NCBI GenBank assembly: GCA_000708835.1
Contig: DF237353.1
Coordinates: 1 to 64,000 of the forward strand
DNA: 64,000 nt
Reading direction: 5' to 3'
DNA from: Klebsormidium nitens
Taxonomy: Eukaryota; Plantae; Klebsormidiophyceae
Shown here: positions 1 to 14,063 of the stretch, one piece after another
How positions within the stretch are numbered: position 1 is the stretch's first letter
Layout of the letters: the number at the start of each line of letters is the position of its first letter
Program-made: the position numbers and the translations under genes
The notes under the pieces: generated by a model
What the model was told of the DNA's origin: nothing
What the model saw: the letters and a program-made list of their open reading frames with translations, nothing else
Database searches by the model: none

Positions 1-1190
1 TATAGAAGCCTAGGCTTTGCATACAAATTCCACAGAAAAGCAGACTGACCGATTTACAAGCCAGCTTCTGCAAATCCAATCTGGTATAGTGGGATGTAAG
101 CATTTTCAGTATTTTCAATATTGGCTTCACGCATCTTGTACCACAGACCGTTCTTTTGAAAGAAGAGGCCTAAGTACTTATAACTGCGCACATCGTGGAT
201 TACTTGGCCACCTATTTCCCAAGAACGCATTTTGAGGCCACGGGTTTCTGACTTTCCACAGGCAACGACTTGTGTTTTCTTTGCGCTCACTGAAAATCGC
301 CATTTTTTGAAGAAAAGGGTTGCCTCAGACATCATTTCTCGCATTTCGACTTCGGATCCGGCAACCAAGACCAGGTCATCGGCATACAATAGGCAGCCAA
401 GAGTCGCATGCATGCCGAGAGCAACCCCCAGACCTTTCTCTCTCATAAGTTTGGCCAAGGGGGATATGAGGAGCGAGAAGAGAAATGGGGACAAAACTGC
501 CCCTTGCCTGGTGCCCAGGTCCGAAACATACCAATCGGTTAAACCGTAAGGGGTGAGGAGGGCTGAGCGACAAGAATGATACATCGATTGGATGCTGCGG
601 AATAGCTTCCCTTTCACACCTAACTCTCGAAGTCGATACCACATCCCATGGACTGCCAGGTACTTGGGAACGCGTTTGTCAAGTCAATAAAACACAGAAA
701 AGTGGTCTGATCAGCAGCCTTACGTGAATCAAGCGTCTCTCGAAGTATGTACGCCTGGTCTCGAGTCGAGCGGCCTTTGCGGAACCCGGCTTGCTCCTCT
801 TCTAGGAGCCCCTTGTCTTCAGCTTCCTTGTCAAGCCTGTTCAGAATCACACGTTCAAACACTTCAGAGATACAGGATGTCAATGAAATAGGTCGGTAAG
901 CAAGAGGATCAAGGGGGTCGGCTCCTCGCCCTTTGAAGATCAAATGAACAAGGGCTTTGGACCAAATACTTGGGCACTTTCCAGTCTTGAGAAGGATATT
1001 GAAGAGCGTACTTAGCGCAGGTGTAAGAGCAGCAGCTCCATACTTCAACGGTTCGTTAGCAATCCGATCAAAACCGCAGGCTTTGTGATTTTGAGCTTCA
1101 GCAAGTGCTGCCCGAATTTCTTCACAAGAGATTGCATCTTCACAAAAAGACGGACCGAGCTCCAATCCAGATATTGCCTGCACCAAGGTG
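1..1190 (-). mobile_element. Degenerate non-LTR retrotransposon (LINE) reverse transcriptase fragment; continues past the window start
   Basis: ORF 620..1288 has RT motifs (YRPISLTSC, EQAGFRKGRS, FIDLTNAFPS). ORF 54..644 has RQGAVLSPFLF, LLYADDLVL and YKYLG. The two are separated by a frameshift near 645-655 (TWQ / GMWYRL). There is an in-frame TAA at 54-56, after which the frame continues IGQSAFLWNLYAKPRLL. No endonuclease domain was recognised upstream, so it is probably 5'-truncated. Confidence 0.93.
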
Positions 1191-2108
1191 GTGATCCGAC
1201 CGCCAGTAATGTCCTTTGTGAGTTTGTGAACATGGTGCCGATCAGCAGACAGCTTAGCAGCTCTGACACTGCCCGGGATTGCTGGCAAGCTTGGGTGTTA
1301 AGGTTAGCATACATCTAAATAAGTAATCAGGTACCCATTAGGTGCACACCGAATTTGAGGCTGCCGGCGAGCAACTTGATTCCAAAACTTGCAAGTTGCA
1401 GTCCCGTTGCAGTCTGTTGGCACTTGAATGCAACAAGGAATGTGCCGCGCGCATGCTCGCGCATTGTAATGGTGCTCCCCCTCGATCATGAAGGTCCCGA
1501 TTTAGATTGGTATTTCAGGGACAAGCCATCAACCTGGAAGAGCCTTGCGATGCGCCACGCGGCATCCTTCAGGGGCACGTCCGGTTGGCGCTCAATTTCC
1601 AACCGTTCTTCAATTCAAAAATACCCAAGTGTCCGCCGGAGTCTGGCGCCACGCTGCACCAGTTCAAGCAACCTCTTCTGACCTCTTCCTCGACTCTTTC
1701 AGTCTGCAGCCTGCATTCTCCAGCTTGTCAGTTGCCCGTGCAACCGAAGGACAGAGGGTGGCAAATACCTACCGTACCTGAGTAGGTACGCCAGAGAGGG
1801 CATTGCATGCTGTTCCTGACGGGCTTTAGGGGAGCACAGCAAGGGCGACTGAGATCAGGAAGGCGCAAGGGCCTTGCTTGATATGCGCATGCTCCAGGAG
1901 GGCCACAATTCTCGTTTGTAACGCTAGAAAGGAGAGGGGTCTGGGTTGCGTTTTATTGCAAAAGTCGTTGACAAACCAAAGCACAGCCATCAGGACTAAG
2001 AGTCGTCAGAGCGCGCTGACAATCTGGCACTGACAAGGGCCCTGCGAAAATTGACGACCAACATTCCTGCTGAAGGTTGATAAGAGGCTGAAAACAGGCA
2101 TACCTAAG

Positions 2109-4946
<2,838 letters not shown>

Positions 4947-6157
4947 TTCGTTGGGAAGGTATTTAGTAGTATGTGCACTAGAATCTAGAAAGAGAGTAGT
5001 GAGGCGTCTCCTTCGATTGAAGGAGCTCAACCATTGGTCGAAAGTGGTGACGGACAATTCCTAATTGTCTTAGGAGATGGGGTGCTTTCAACGAGACCCA
5101 CTAGAAAACCTACCTGAATAAAGCGTAGCATCTTGACGAGAGAGCCGGGTTTATCGGACTGTGGACGGCTGCAAACGAGTGAGCATATGTGCATGGCTGA
5201 TATCCTCAAGGATGGCCCATCTTTCTGTACATTCAACATCAGAACATCGTCCAGATTTTTGGAGCAGAGCGTTCTTATTCTCGCAAAGAGCAACTTCAAA
5301 AACCATCCGTTCATGCGAAACTGACTCTCGTTTACAAGGCATGCTTGACACGATTGTCTGTTCTCGCTTCGACCATGAGGCTGGTCGGACGGCTGGATCC
5401 TAGCCGTTCAAGTGCCTGATGATGTAGATTCCTGCAATAGACTTCCAACAGACACGTCAACTATGCAAGGGCTTATCTTGCGCAGGCCCAACGCCATGCC
5501 TCATTGGTGGCCCATGTTCGCACGCTCCATGCAGTATAAGCTTACTGATCAGATGACCTTCGAAATGTTCTATATGGTACCTGCACAGCGTTTGGGAACA
5601 CCTAGCTTGCAAGCATGATGCATACCGTATATATATGAGCCTGATTCAGCATGCAAGTACCTATGATGTGTGAGTCGTAGTATAGGTACATGGAAGGCAG
5701 CGCACTTATATAAAAAAGTCGAAGCGGCACACTGATGTTTAGACAGCTTGCTAGAGCCAACTTAGCGATCTAATTAGCATCGTCTGGTGTTGGTCCCATG
5801 AATGTTCAAAACCCAAAAGTTCTAACTTAAGAATATCAGACCCATACCGATCAGAGCACAATGGTTTTTAACTGCTGCATATAACTGAGTCGTTAGTTTC
5901 TTTAGCAGTAGAAGTGAGTACCTACTGCCGCCCGCTAAGAGCACAAAAGTTCCGATTCCGTCCTGCAGTGACAGGCCCTTCGGACGAAGTCTGCAGCGCT
6001 TCGCCACTTTCTCGCATGATATACGTAGACGAGCTTGATGCAGCACATAGTAGATGTGTATGGCTTCAGAAGTAGGTCTGATGCCTAGCGAAGTAGGTCC
6101 GAGCTCGCCTAGTTGCTGAAGCGCTGAAGGCCCTAAGACGCTTCTAGTTTGCAATTG

Positions 6158-9100
6158 ATGCCTTCAATGGCAGGCAAGAAGTATCCACAAAGTCCGCTGG
6201 CTTCGAAGAAGACGACTCTTCAAGCAATATTCTTCATTATGTCTTCCGTTCTGGCGCACCACCTGACCGCAGGCGATCCACAGCAGCTCCCAATGGAACA
6301 GTTCGTGAAGTCAGCAGGACAGCGCTTTGAGCTGGAAGATGGAAGCCCCTTTTACATGACAGGTACAACGCTTCATCCGTCTTCTTAGCTAGCAATCTGC
6401 TCATGCACAGCCACCAAGGCTCAGCCGAAGAAGCGGCTTGGATCCGGTTGTCGCTTGCAAGATACAAAGATTGTGCGCGTGGCCAAGCTGGAAGCTCATA
6501 AGCAAAGTGCCTGAATGCTTTGGTGGTCAAAATCCTAGTTTCTGATAAGTTGGAATAATTACGTTGCATTGCTTTACGTCAATAAGGACAGGTTACTGCA
6601 AGCTGCAAATAAAACTCCAAGACGATTCTTTGAATGCGGCCTTCAAAGCCAGGACGCCAAAATTGAAACCCTTCACTCTCAGTAGTATTTGAACACTAAG
6701 CCCTATTGATTGCAAGGGCGTCAGAAAAGTTGCATGTATCTTAACTTGGTCTGAGCTTCGTGACAGATGTGTCTCATAACAAAAATTCAAGAATCAACAA
6801 ACAAATTTTCGAGCAGGAACGAACATGTGGTTTGCGGCTCAGCTGGGCATGGAGGATGAGCAAGGAGGTCAACGAGCGCGCTTGGCACGAGATCTAGACC
6901 GTCTGAAGGTTTGCTTAATCAAGATCATACATGTTTGGCGAATCCAAAATCAGGAACCCCTACGGAATTGGAGGCTTCGGTATCCCAGTTTACGGGTGCT
7001 AGTGCTAATCAATATCAAAACAAAACGATCGACTTGCTTGCAAGCACCATCATGAGGGTCACCCAGCCGAACAGAGTCGACTTCTGTTTTGTTATTTCAA
7101 AGTCTGCCCTTGATGCCCTTCAAGCACCTGCACGAGGAAGCGATCTGGCAAAATTTTGCTTGGTGCTTCACGTTTGAAAGCTTCGTCAGTGTGCTCATAT
7201 GCCTACAATCACATGCAGGACCTCGATTTCAACACCATCCGGACGATCTCCTTGACTTTAGGACCAGATGATATGCCTTACAGGTAAGACTATGCAGCAC
7301 ACAAAAGTTCAGAGTTTGAACCCTTTGCAGTGTACTGCGTTTGTCTTGTAGCCTGGTTGATTACTTTGATTAAGGTGCGAAGCTTTTTCTTGGATCATGA
7401 AAGCGCTGATGAATTGTTGCCATAATGGCGGGCCGCTGCCTGCATGATATGCTCCGAGGCTTCGGAAGATGAAAGTAACTTGAAAATGCAACAGTACCAC
7501 CCATTATAGCGATCAGTGATTCTCTTATTTACAGGGTCACGCCCTCCCTTATGCCCAGTAGTGGTATCTATAACGAGGAAGTGTTCAAGGGCCTCGACTT
7601 CTTTCTCGATGCTTTGAGGAAGCGCAACATGCGGTGAGATGTGTTCTCAGAGCCTTTTCTAGGAGAATCTACAACACTCTCCATTTTTGAGAGGCATTCC
7701 GATCGACGAGTTTACAAGTCAACTAAGGCAGAACGAGCTGGCTGAGTGTTGCAATGGTCAAGTTGATGCTTGCGGTGCGCTAAAAGGCTTGCTTACAGAG
7801 CCTCATGGAAGTAACGTTGGCCCCCATGCAGAGCAATCCTGGTCTTTATCGATTACTGGCACGACACAGGGGGCTTTTCGCAGACTGTCGCATGGGCAGA
7901 TCCAACGAGTGATCCGGTACTCTCCTTTCCCTCCTACCCGGACTGGAAAGGGGACTTCGACAATTTTACGAATTATGCAGGTTGGTCTCAATGTCTCTTT
8001 AGACCAAGTCTGTATGATTAAGAAGCTCATCAAGCGGTTTGCAGCTTGCAAGGGGATCTAAGGTCCTGACAATCTGAAATTTCCAAACTAGCACGACATC
8101 AGAAGCAGATTTTCAAAGTGTCCAGCCCGCCTAATCTTGCACAAGCACGTAGATTGAATCACGAGTTGATTCCTCTTGCTTTTTTTCTGCAAGGCGCTTC
8201 TACAACGACACCAGTATTGCGTTGAAGTGTCAGAACATGTTGCAAAGGTGAGATTCTGGGTATAACGTCGATCAGAAATGATTGCATCGAACATGTCGAC
8301 AACATCCTACACAGTTTCACATTCATTTGCAGTGCTTTGCAGATGCGTCGACCGTTCGTATTGAAGCATCTTAAGAACGCTAACCTGCTTTTCAGAGTTG
8401 AGCTTTACAGGGGCAGTTATCATCATAGCTTTTCTTCGCAGCCACATCAAGACTCTTCTGACTCGAAGGAATACGATCAACGGCATCATCTACAAGGAGG
8501 ACAATAGCTGCATGGGAGATCTGCAACGAGCCGCAGAAACCTCCTGTGTAAGTTCGCTCGCCTTCTTGTATGATCCCGGCCTGGTTGAAACGACTTTCTA
8601 CTGTCGTAAGGGACTAGAAGGGCAGATGAGATGCATTTGCTTTTCCTTCTAGGTGGAGCGGCATTCTCCTGCATGATCAGCATGACAGGATAGCTTGTGG
8701 CGACAGCAAACGGCTGTTCTGATGGAACAGCTTAGAAAGTTTGACGCAGAGAACATACAAGTAGAGTGTGAGCACCTGATCACTTTTCATTGCACGTTAT
8801 GCAGAACATGGATCGAGGCGACCGCATCCTTCGTGAAGGATATCGACAGCAGGCACATGCTGACAACAGGCTCGGAGGGCAAGGAATTTGTTGAGTACGA
8901 AGATGAGGGCAAGTAAGTTCTTGCTTAGGCGCTTGACTTGCTTATAGTTCGAGGCAGAATCCAAATTTCATCTTGATTGCCTTCTCAAGTGCCGACTCAC
9001 TGGAAGACCCAGAATCATCAAGCGAATCAATGAAATGAAGTATCAGCCGATAAAAATTCATCCGTTCTATTTTTTTCCAGGGCCTTCTTCGAGAGAGTCC

Positions 9101-10347
9101 ACTCGAGCCAACACATCGACTATGCTACAATTCATCTGTAAGTCGGACGTAAATAGCTTTCAAGATTCCAGACAAATTCCTTACTTCTACGATTCCGCTT
9201 GCCCTCAGCGTACCACTATATTGAGGAGATTGTGTCGAATACACCCGAATGGATCAAGTCTTGAAGCTCCCTCAAGGACCGATTTCTTCGTGGCCATGAT
9301 AATTTTTGTTGAGAACGATAAAGGAGAGCAGAAGCTCAGAGACTACCGCAGCTCTTCAGAATCATCGAAACGGACTCTTTTCATTGCCACTTGCTTGCAG
9401 TTGGGTTGAGAATTGGGAGATCTACAAACCGTACAACGGGAGCGACTCTAACCTTGAAAGTGGTAAGCTCCCGCGTTTCTTTTTCTTTTTTCAAGTGAGA
9501 TTGATTTGCTTGGGGTTTCGCCAACAGCGTTGATGACGTAGGGGCTGATGGTCTCGTGTGAGCTTGTACTCCAAGCGCTCCGCCGACGCGAGCATCAGAT
9601 GTTAAGCTGTACTCTTTTTTCTATGATCCTACAGCCATCAACTTCGCAAGGAGATTCTTGAAAGCACACAACGAGTTCGCTGCCAGCTTTGGCAAGCCGC
9701 TCGTCCTGGAAGAATACGGGTTGGCGCGCGACAGTTTCCCGATCAACATGAATCGCTACGATCCGAAAAGCCCAGTCACACACAGAGACAAGTACTTCCG
9801 TGCAGTTCTAGACCAGGTAAGCCGACTCTGTTGGACTAACTCCTTTCCGCGTCACAGCTACGTCAGTTGCACAGCTCATGTATCTCGTAGAGCTGAAGCT
9901 TCCGAAGTGGCACGCGTCTTCCTAAAATAGTTTGACCTCGCCTTTCTCGCCCACCTTTTACTTGATTTCAGTTTTCGATTACTCGAGAAGGATCCTCAGA
10001 AACGGCTCCTTTTGAGAAAGTTTGCTCTTTTTCGGAACGTGCTCGATTTGAGAGCTATCCAGTTATCAGTAAAGCGCTTGGCGGACCTTTCCTAGTGCTC
10101 CGGGGGTGCTACCAATCAGCATATGGTCCCCGTCCGACAGGTGTCCGCGCTTTCTAGAGAGGGTTACATGGCTGGGCAAATGTTTTGGGCGTGGGCTGGC
10201 GAGGGGCGTCCGCAGTGCAAGATGCCGGTGGGCGACCCGCCACACGAGAACCCCGGCTGGTATTCCGTGTACGACATCGACGAGAGCACCATGGCACTCT
10301 TCGCGTCATTCAATAAGCAGCTGCAAACAGATGGTCGAAAGTGTTAG
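6158..10347 (+). pseudogene. GH5 (subfamily 7-like) beta-mannanase/mannosidase; apparently disrupted (pseudogene or assembly error)
   Basis: Exons include 6158-6362, 6817-6908 (GTNMWFAAQLG), 7219-7283, 7535-7633 (KGLDFFLDALRKRNM), 7832-7980, ~8193-8247 (RFYNDTS), 8442-8547 (TRRNTINGIIY / WEICNEP), then WIEATASFVKDIDSRHMLTTGSEG, IDYATIHLWVENW, KPLVLEEYG, and 10141-10347 (GDPPHENPGWYSVYD). There is a frameshift at ~8503 just before the catalytic NEP, and AA instead of AG at the expected acceptor 8191-8192. Family call is confident; pseudogene status less so. Confidence 0.75.
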
Positions 10348-11403
10348 GGAAGCGGCCAGCTTGGTCTAATCGGTTCACCTTGATGAATCTTATAAACGAG
10401 TGCAGCTAAGGGTGGGCCTATAAGAAGACTGACCCAGAAAATGATGCTCAGTATTCCCGACATTTGCAGACCGTCCATGAAACATCGATGGACTTGACCC
10501 TTTCCGAACGTTGTGCCAGTGTCTCAGTGCAAATATCTGTCGGCAGCTTAATCGAAAAGCGCCTTAAGCCGAATCGCGCCGGACGTACGCCTAGCTTATG
10601 TGCATAGCTTTTGCATATGCGCGCGCATCAGCGAATCATTTACATGTATATTATGCACGTAGTACATGTTTAGCTGCATATTCGGAAGACTCCATATATT
10701 TGCAGGTATTTCTCATGGCCATCTAGACGCCGAATCGAACATGATTGCCGCCTCGAACCGCGACTCACATGACATACTGATCGGTCACAAACGATCGATC
10801 ATTGGGAAACTGGTTTCCCAATGACTTAAGTTTGTGGTTGCTTCTGATCGACATGCCCAAAAAAAACTTGTTAAACCACGGCCCGGGCGCGGGGCCCGAA
10901 TGCCAGTCATGCAACGGGTCAGATATGTCTGTACTCGAGCTTCTCAATCATGCGCTGGTTAACTTATCTGGATCGATCATGCAGGCTCGTATATGCAGAG
11001 CCTGTTGGCATGCTGAGCGTACATGCATTGACACAATTAATGTAGACCGACGGTCTCCAGCTGCAAGCATATGCACGTTGGCCCATGGTCTTTCTGAATG
11101 CAAATCAACGCTTGCAGTCATGCGGGGATCAGTAAGAGAATAATCCTGCATGCTTCTAGCGGTGCTGAGTTAACTCACAAGTAGATTCCATGGTGTAACG
11201 GGTTTCAACGTCGATCACCCAGGACCTAGTAACCTGGAGAGGCTATCATTGATCCGGTTGAATACAAAAGAGTCGGATGATATCGCCTGTCCGGACATGG
11301 CTTGCTCTCAAACTTCTCGTGTTGGCAACTTCTAGGTTGAGCATATCAGAACTCACCAAAGAAAAACTTTTCTGGCAAACTTCTCGTGTCTACGGGCGAA
11401 ACT

Positions 11404-13430
11404 TTAGAATACAACACCAGCTTCCCGAGCTGCATCAGCAAGAGCCTTAATCCGTCCATGAAACACGAAGCCGCCCCTGTCGTACTTAACAGCGTTGATA
11501 CCTTTTGCAAGGAGCTGCTCAGCAATGTCTTTGCCCACGGCCGCTGCGTGTTCCTGCAGAGTACAACAAGAGATATGTTGGCTGGCTGCCTGATTCCTTC
11601 TTTCAAGCGTGTCCTGTCGATTCTCAGTGGCCCGACCAAATTCGGCCTTGCTTTTACAGAAAGGTGCGCTCACCAACATAATACTGCCTAGCATAATTGC
11701 ATGAGCCATGTCAAGTTGAAGCAACCAACACGGGGGGGGAGAAAAACGTGAGGAATTACGTTGGGACTGAGAGATGAATGTCCTCCCTTGCGATATCAGC
11801 TTTATACATCAACACAGCAGCAGAGCGACAACCTAGACTAGATTCCGAATTTGAAATGCGTGACCTGATCTGCCGCCGGTGTGCAGTCACACCCACACAT
11901 GATGTAAGCGGCACCCCCAGCAGAGACCAAGTAGACACTTACGCAGGTCGCGCCGGCAGTCTTCTCGAGGGTCTCCCTAAGGCCCTTCTTCACTGTGGAA
12001 GATGCTGCAATGGTGCACTGGTTCTCGTCATCGATCACTTGGACATAGATGTGCGCGTTTGACCTGTAGACAGCCATCCGGGGGCGATCCGATGTACCGG
12101 AAATCTGCAAAGTAAGGTGCAATTTGAACATCCACGCATCTACCAATTCCTTTGCCTACTTCTACGCAAAAACCACCTGCGGGCAACCAGGGCCCGCCTG
12201 GACATTAACCTTTCAGAGTCGGCATGCCTTCACATCAGGTTGTGATTGTTCGAACAGAGACACCAGAAGAGGGGTGATAAGACATACAGACTCTTGTGCA
12301 GCTGAAAGGAGGTCTTCAGGTCAAATTTCTGTTTTGCTCTCTCCGTCACGAAAGCGTGACTCAAGCAGTAACTTTTCATCATTAGACCTCCAAACTGCAC
12401 TTTTCGTAAGCAAAGTATCAAAACGACACTGGCGAAGGAAAGACGGAGCAAAACCTTGACAAGAAAAGCAAAGAATGTATCAATCAACAAGCGAAAGTGG
12501 CGCTCAGGTCACAACGCATGGCTTTCCAAAACACTCGGAGCCTTCTGAGCAGGGTACAGCGGACGAACCAACACATTAACTAGCCAACAGGCTTTGGCCC
12601 GAACTTGCTTTTGCCGGTGGTTTGCCATGAAACAAGGCGTGATCACCAGCAATGGTTGCAGAAAGCATCAAGGACCAGTCCTGCTGGAGAGCCTTACTTT
12701 CTTTCTAATGCGCCGGTGCCTCTTCAATCGCAGTTCCTTCCGGTTGATCAGCTTCGCTTCTACCAACAACCCTATTTGCAGCGGAGCCACTGCAATGATG
12801 CAGAAGAAACGTGTTCAGTGAACATGTTCAGTGCCTTGACAACTCAAACCTTCTCAAATCATCAAGATTTAAAACAGAATCATCGCCCCCTCTGTAACCC
12901 AAGTTAAATGGAACAGCGACGTGCACCCAGCAAGCTCCTACTTGCTACTGATATCTGTACTAGGACAGTCTCGGTGTCGGCTGATGTGCCAGCATTCAGA
13001 GTCCACCTTCTGCTATCTTGCTCAAGCTTGTTCTTTGTAGTCGGAATGCAGGTTAATTACAATATTACCGGCGCCCTGGTTTGTTGCTTGGCAAGCGACA
13101 TGCCAAAGATGCACTAATCTCCGCGCTTTGCCTCAGTAAGTGCAGAGGGTCTTTCCTGAGCACAGTGACCATTACCAAGCCCGCTCGTTAGGAGTGCACA
13201 CAGGGTAGCAATGCAGCTTGGCATGTGACCAGCACCTAGAGGTCAACTGTCTCACCCTTCGCCGCTGTACTTCTCAACGCAGGCACACTCTGCTCCATCT
13301 TTTCACTCAATGTGAGCCCCGAAAAGCTGCGGAAGACCGCATCCCTGCTAGAAGTGGACGCTGACGGAATGGCAGGTGTCCTGATGGCAGCGCCGAGGCA
13401 GGAACCCTTTGCCAAAGCAACGGCTGCCAT
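11404..13430 (-). CDS. RPL18: Plastid 50S ribosomal protein L18 with N-terminal transit peptide, 4 exons
   Basis: Exons ~13430-13257 (Ser/Ala-rich transit peptide [19 protein letters not shown]...), ~12772-12699 ([21 protein letters not shown]), 12104-11943 ([26 protein letters not shown]), 11554-11404 ([22 protein letters not shown]). These are bacterial-type uL18 signatures. Confidence 0.95.
12308..12391 (-). ncRNA. Candidate intronic C/D-box snoRNA, putative 18S rRNA 2'-O-methylation guide
   Basis: Minus strand reads GGAGGTCT-A-ATGATGA...GTCACG-CTTT-CGTGAC...CAGAAATTTGA-C-CTGA-AGACCTCC. It has a perfect 8-bp terminal stem, box C (12382-12376), box D (12319-12316) and canonical k-turn spacing. 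The 11-nt guide is complementary to UCAAAUUUCUG, recalled from conserved 18S rRNA. It lies on the same strand as the host RPL18, in intron 2. Confidence 0.8.
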
Positions 13431-14063
13431 CCTGCCTGCCTTCTCTACAAAATGGGACTGCGACCCCCCCTAATTTCTCTGCTCCCCTGACACTGATGTG
13501 GCAATGCGCCCCCTTGGGAAGGTCACCTGAACAGCTGCTCGTCAGTACATGCATATCACTCCGAGTCTTCACCTTGAGTCCCTTGCGTACCGCGCGCGAA
13601 TAGCCGGAAAAGCTCACGCGCGTAAACGTGGTTAAAAATCTGGTTAGTTCGATGTGTCCATAACCATGCATTATAAGCCGTCCGATCATGATCGTGTCAT
13701 CCGAAAACGGACCAACTTGTTTTCGAATTTGCAAATCGTGCATTTCAACAGTGCAGAACAGCTCTGAACAGCTAGCGCCTCTCCATTGCCATTGGCATTG
13801 TCCAGTGCCACAGCCGATCGAGCTTCTTGTCAAAAGCTGCTTGTGCTGGGAAGGATCTGTGTCCATCTAGCTTGATGTCATCGTCAGAGGTTTGTAGGAT
13901 ACCGCAAGCCCTGACGAGCCTTGGGGCGTAGGTAGGAGCACGCCTGCAGTTGAATCGGCACCTCGCATGAATGGCCGGGCATAGAGTAGAAGGTGGTCGG
14001 ACTTGAACAGAAAGGGTGAACCCAGGGGAGGCTGATGAATCAACATCTGGCTCTTCATTGCTG

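Noticed and set aside
1300-1950. Possible LINE endonuclease or ORF1 remnant upstream of the RT
   Set aside because: No AP-endonuclease or zinc-knuckle motifs in the frames I read.
1595-2100. MSA (AACGG) elements for the G2/M genes CDKB and MPS1
   Set aside because: Only isolated 5-mer cores (~1603 and ~13706) without the full consensus; not distinguishable from background.
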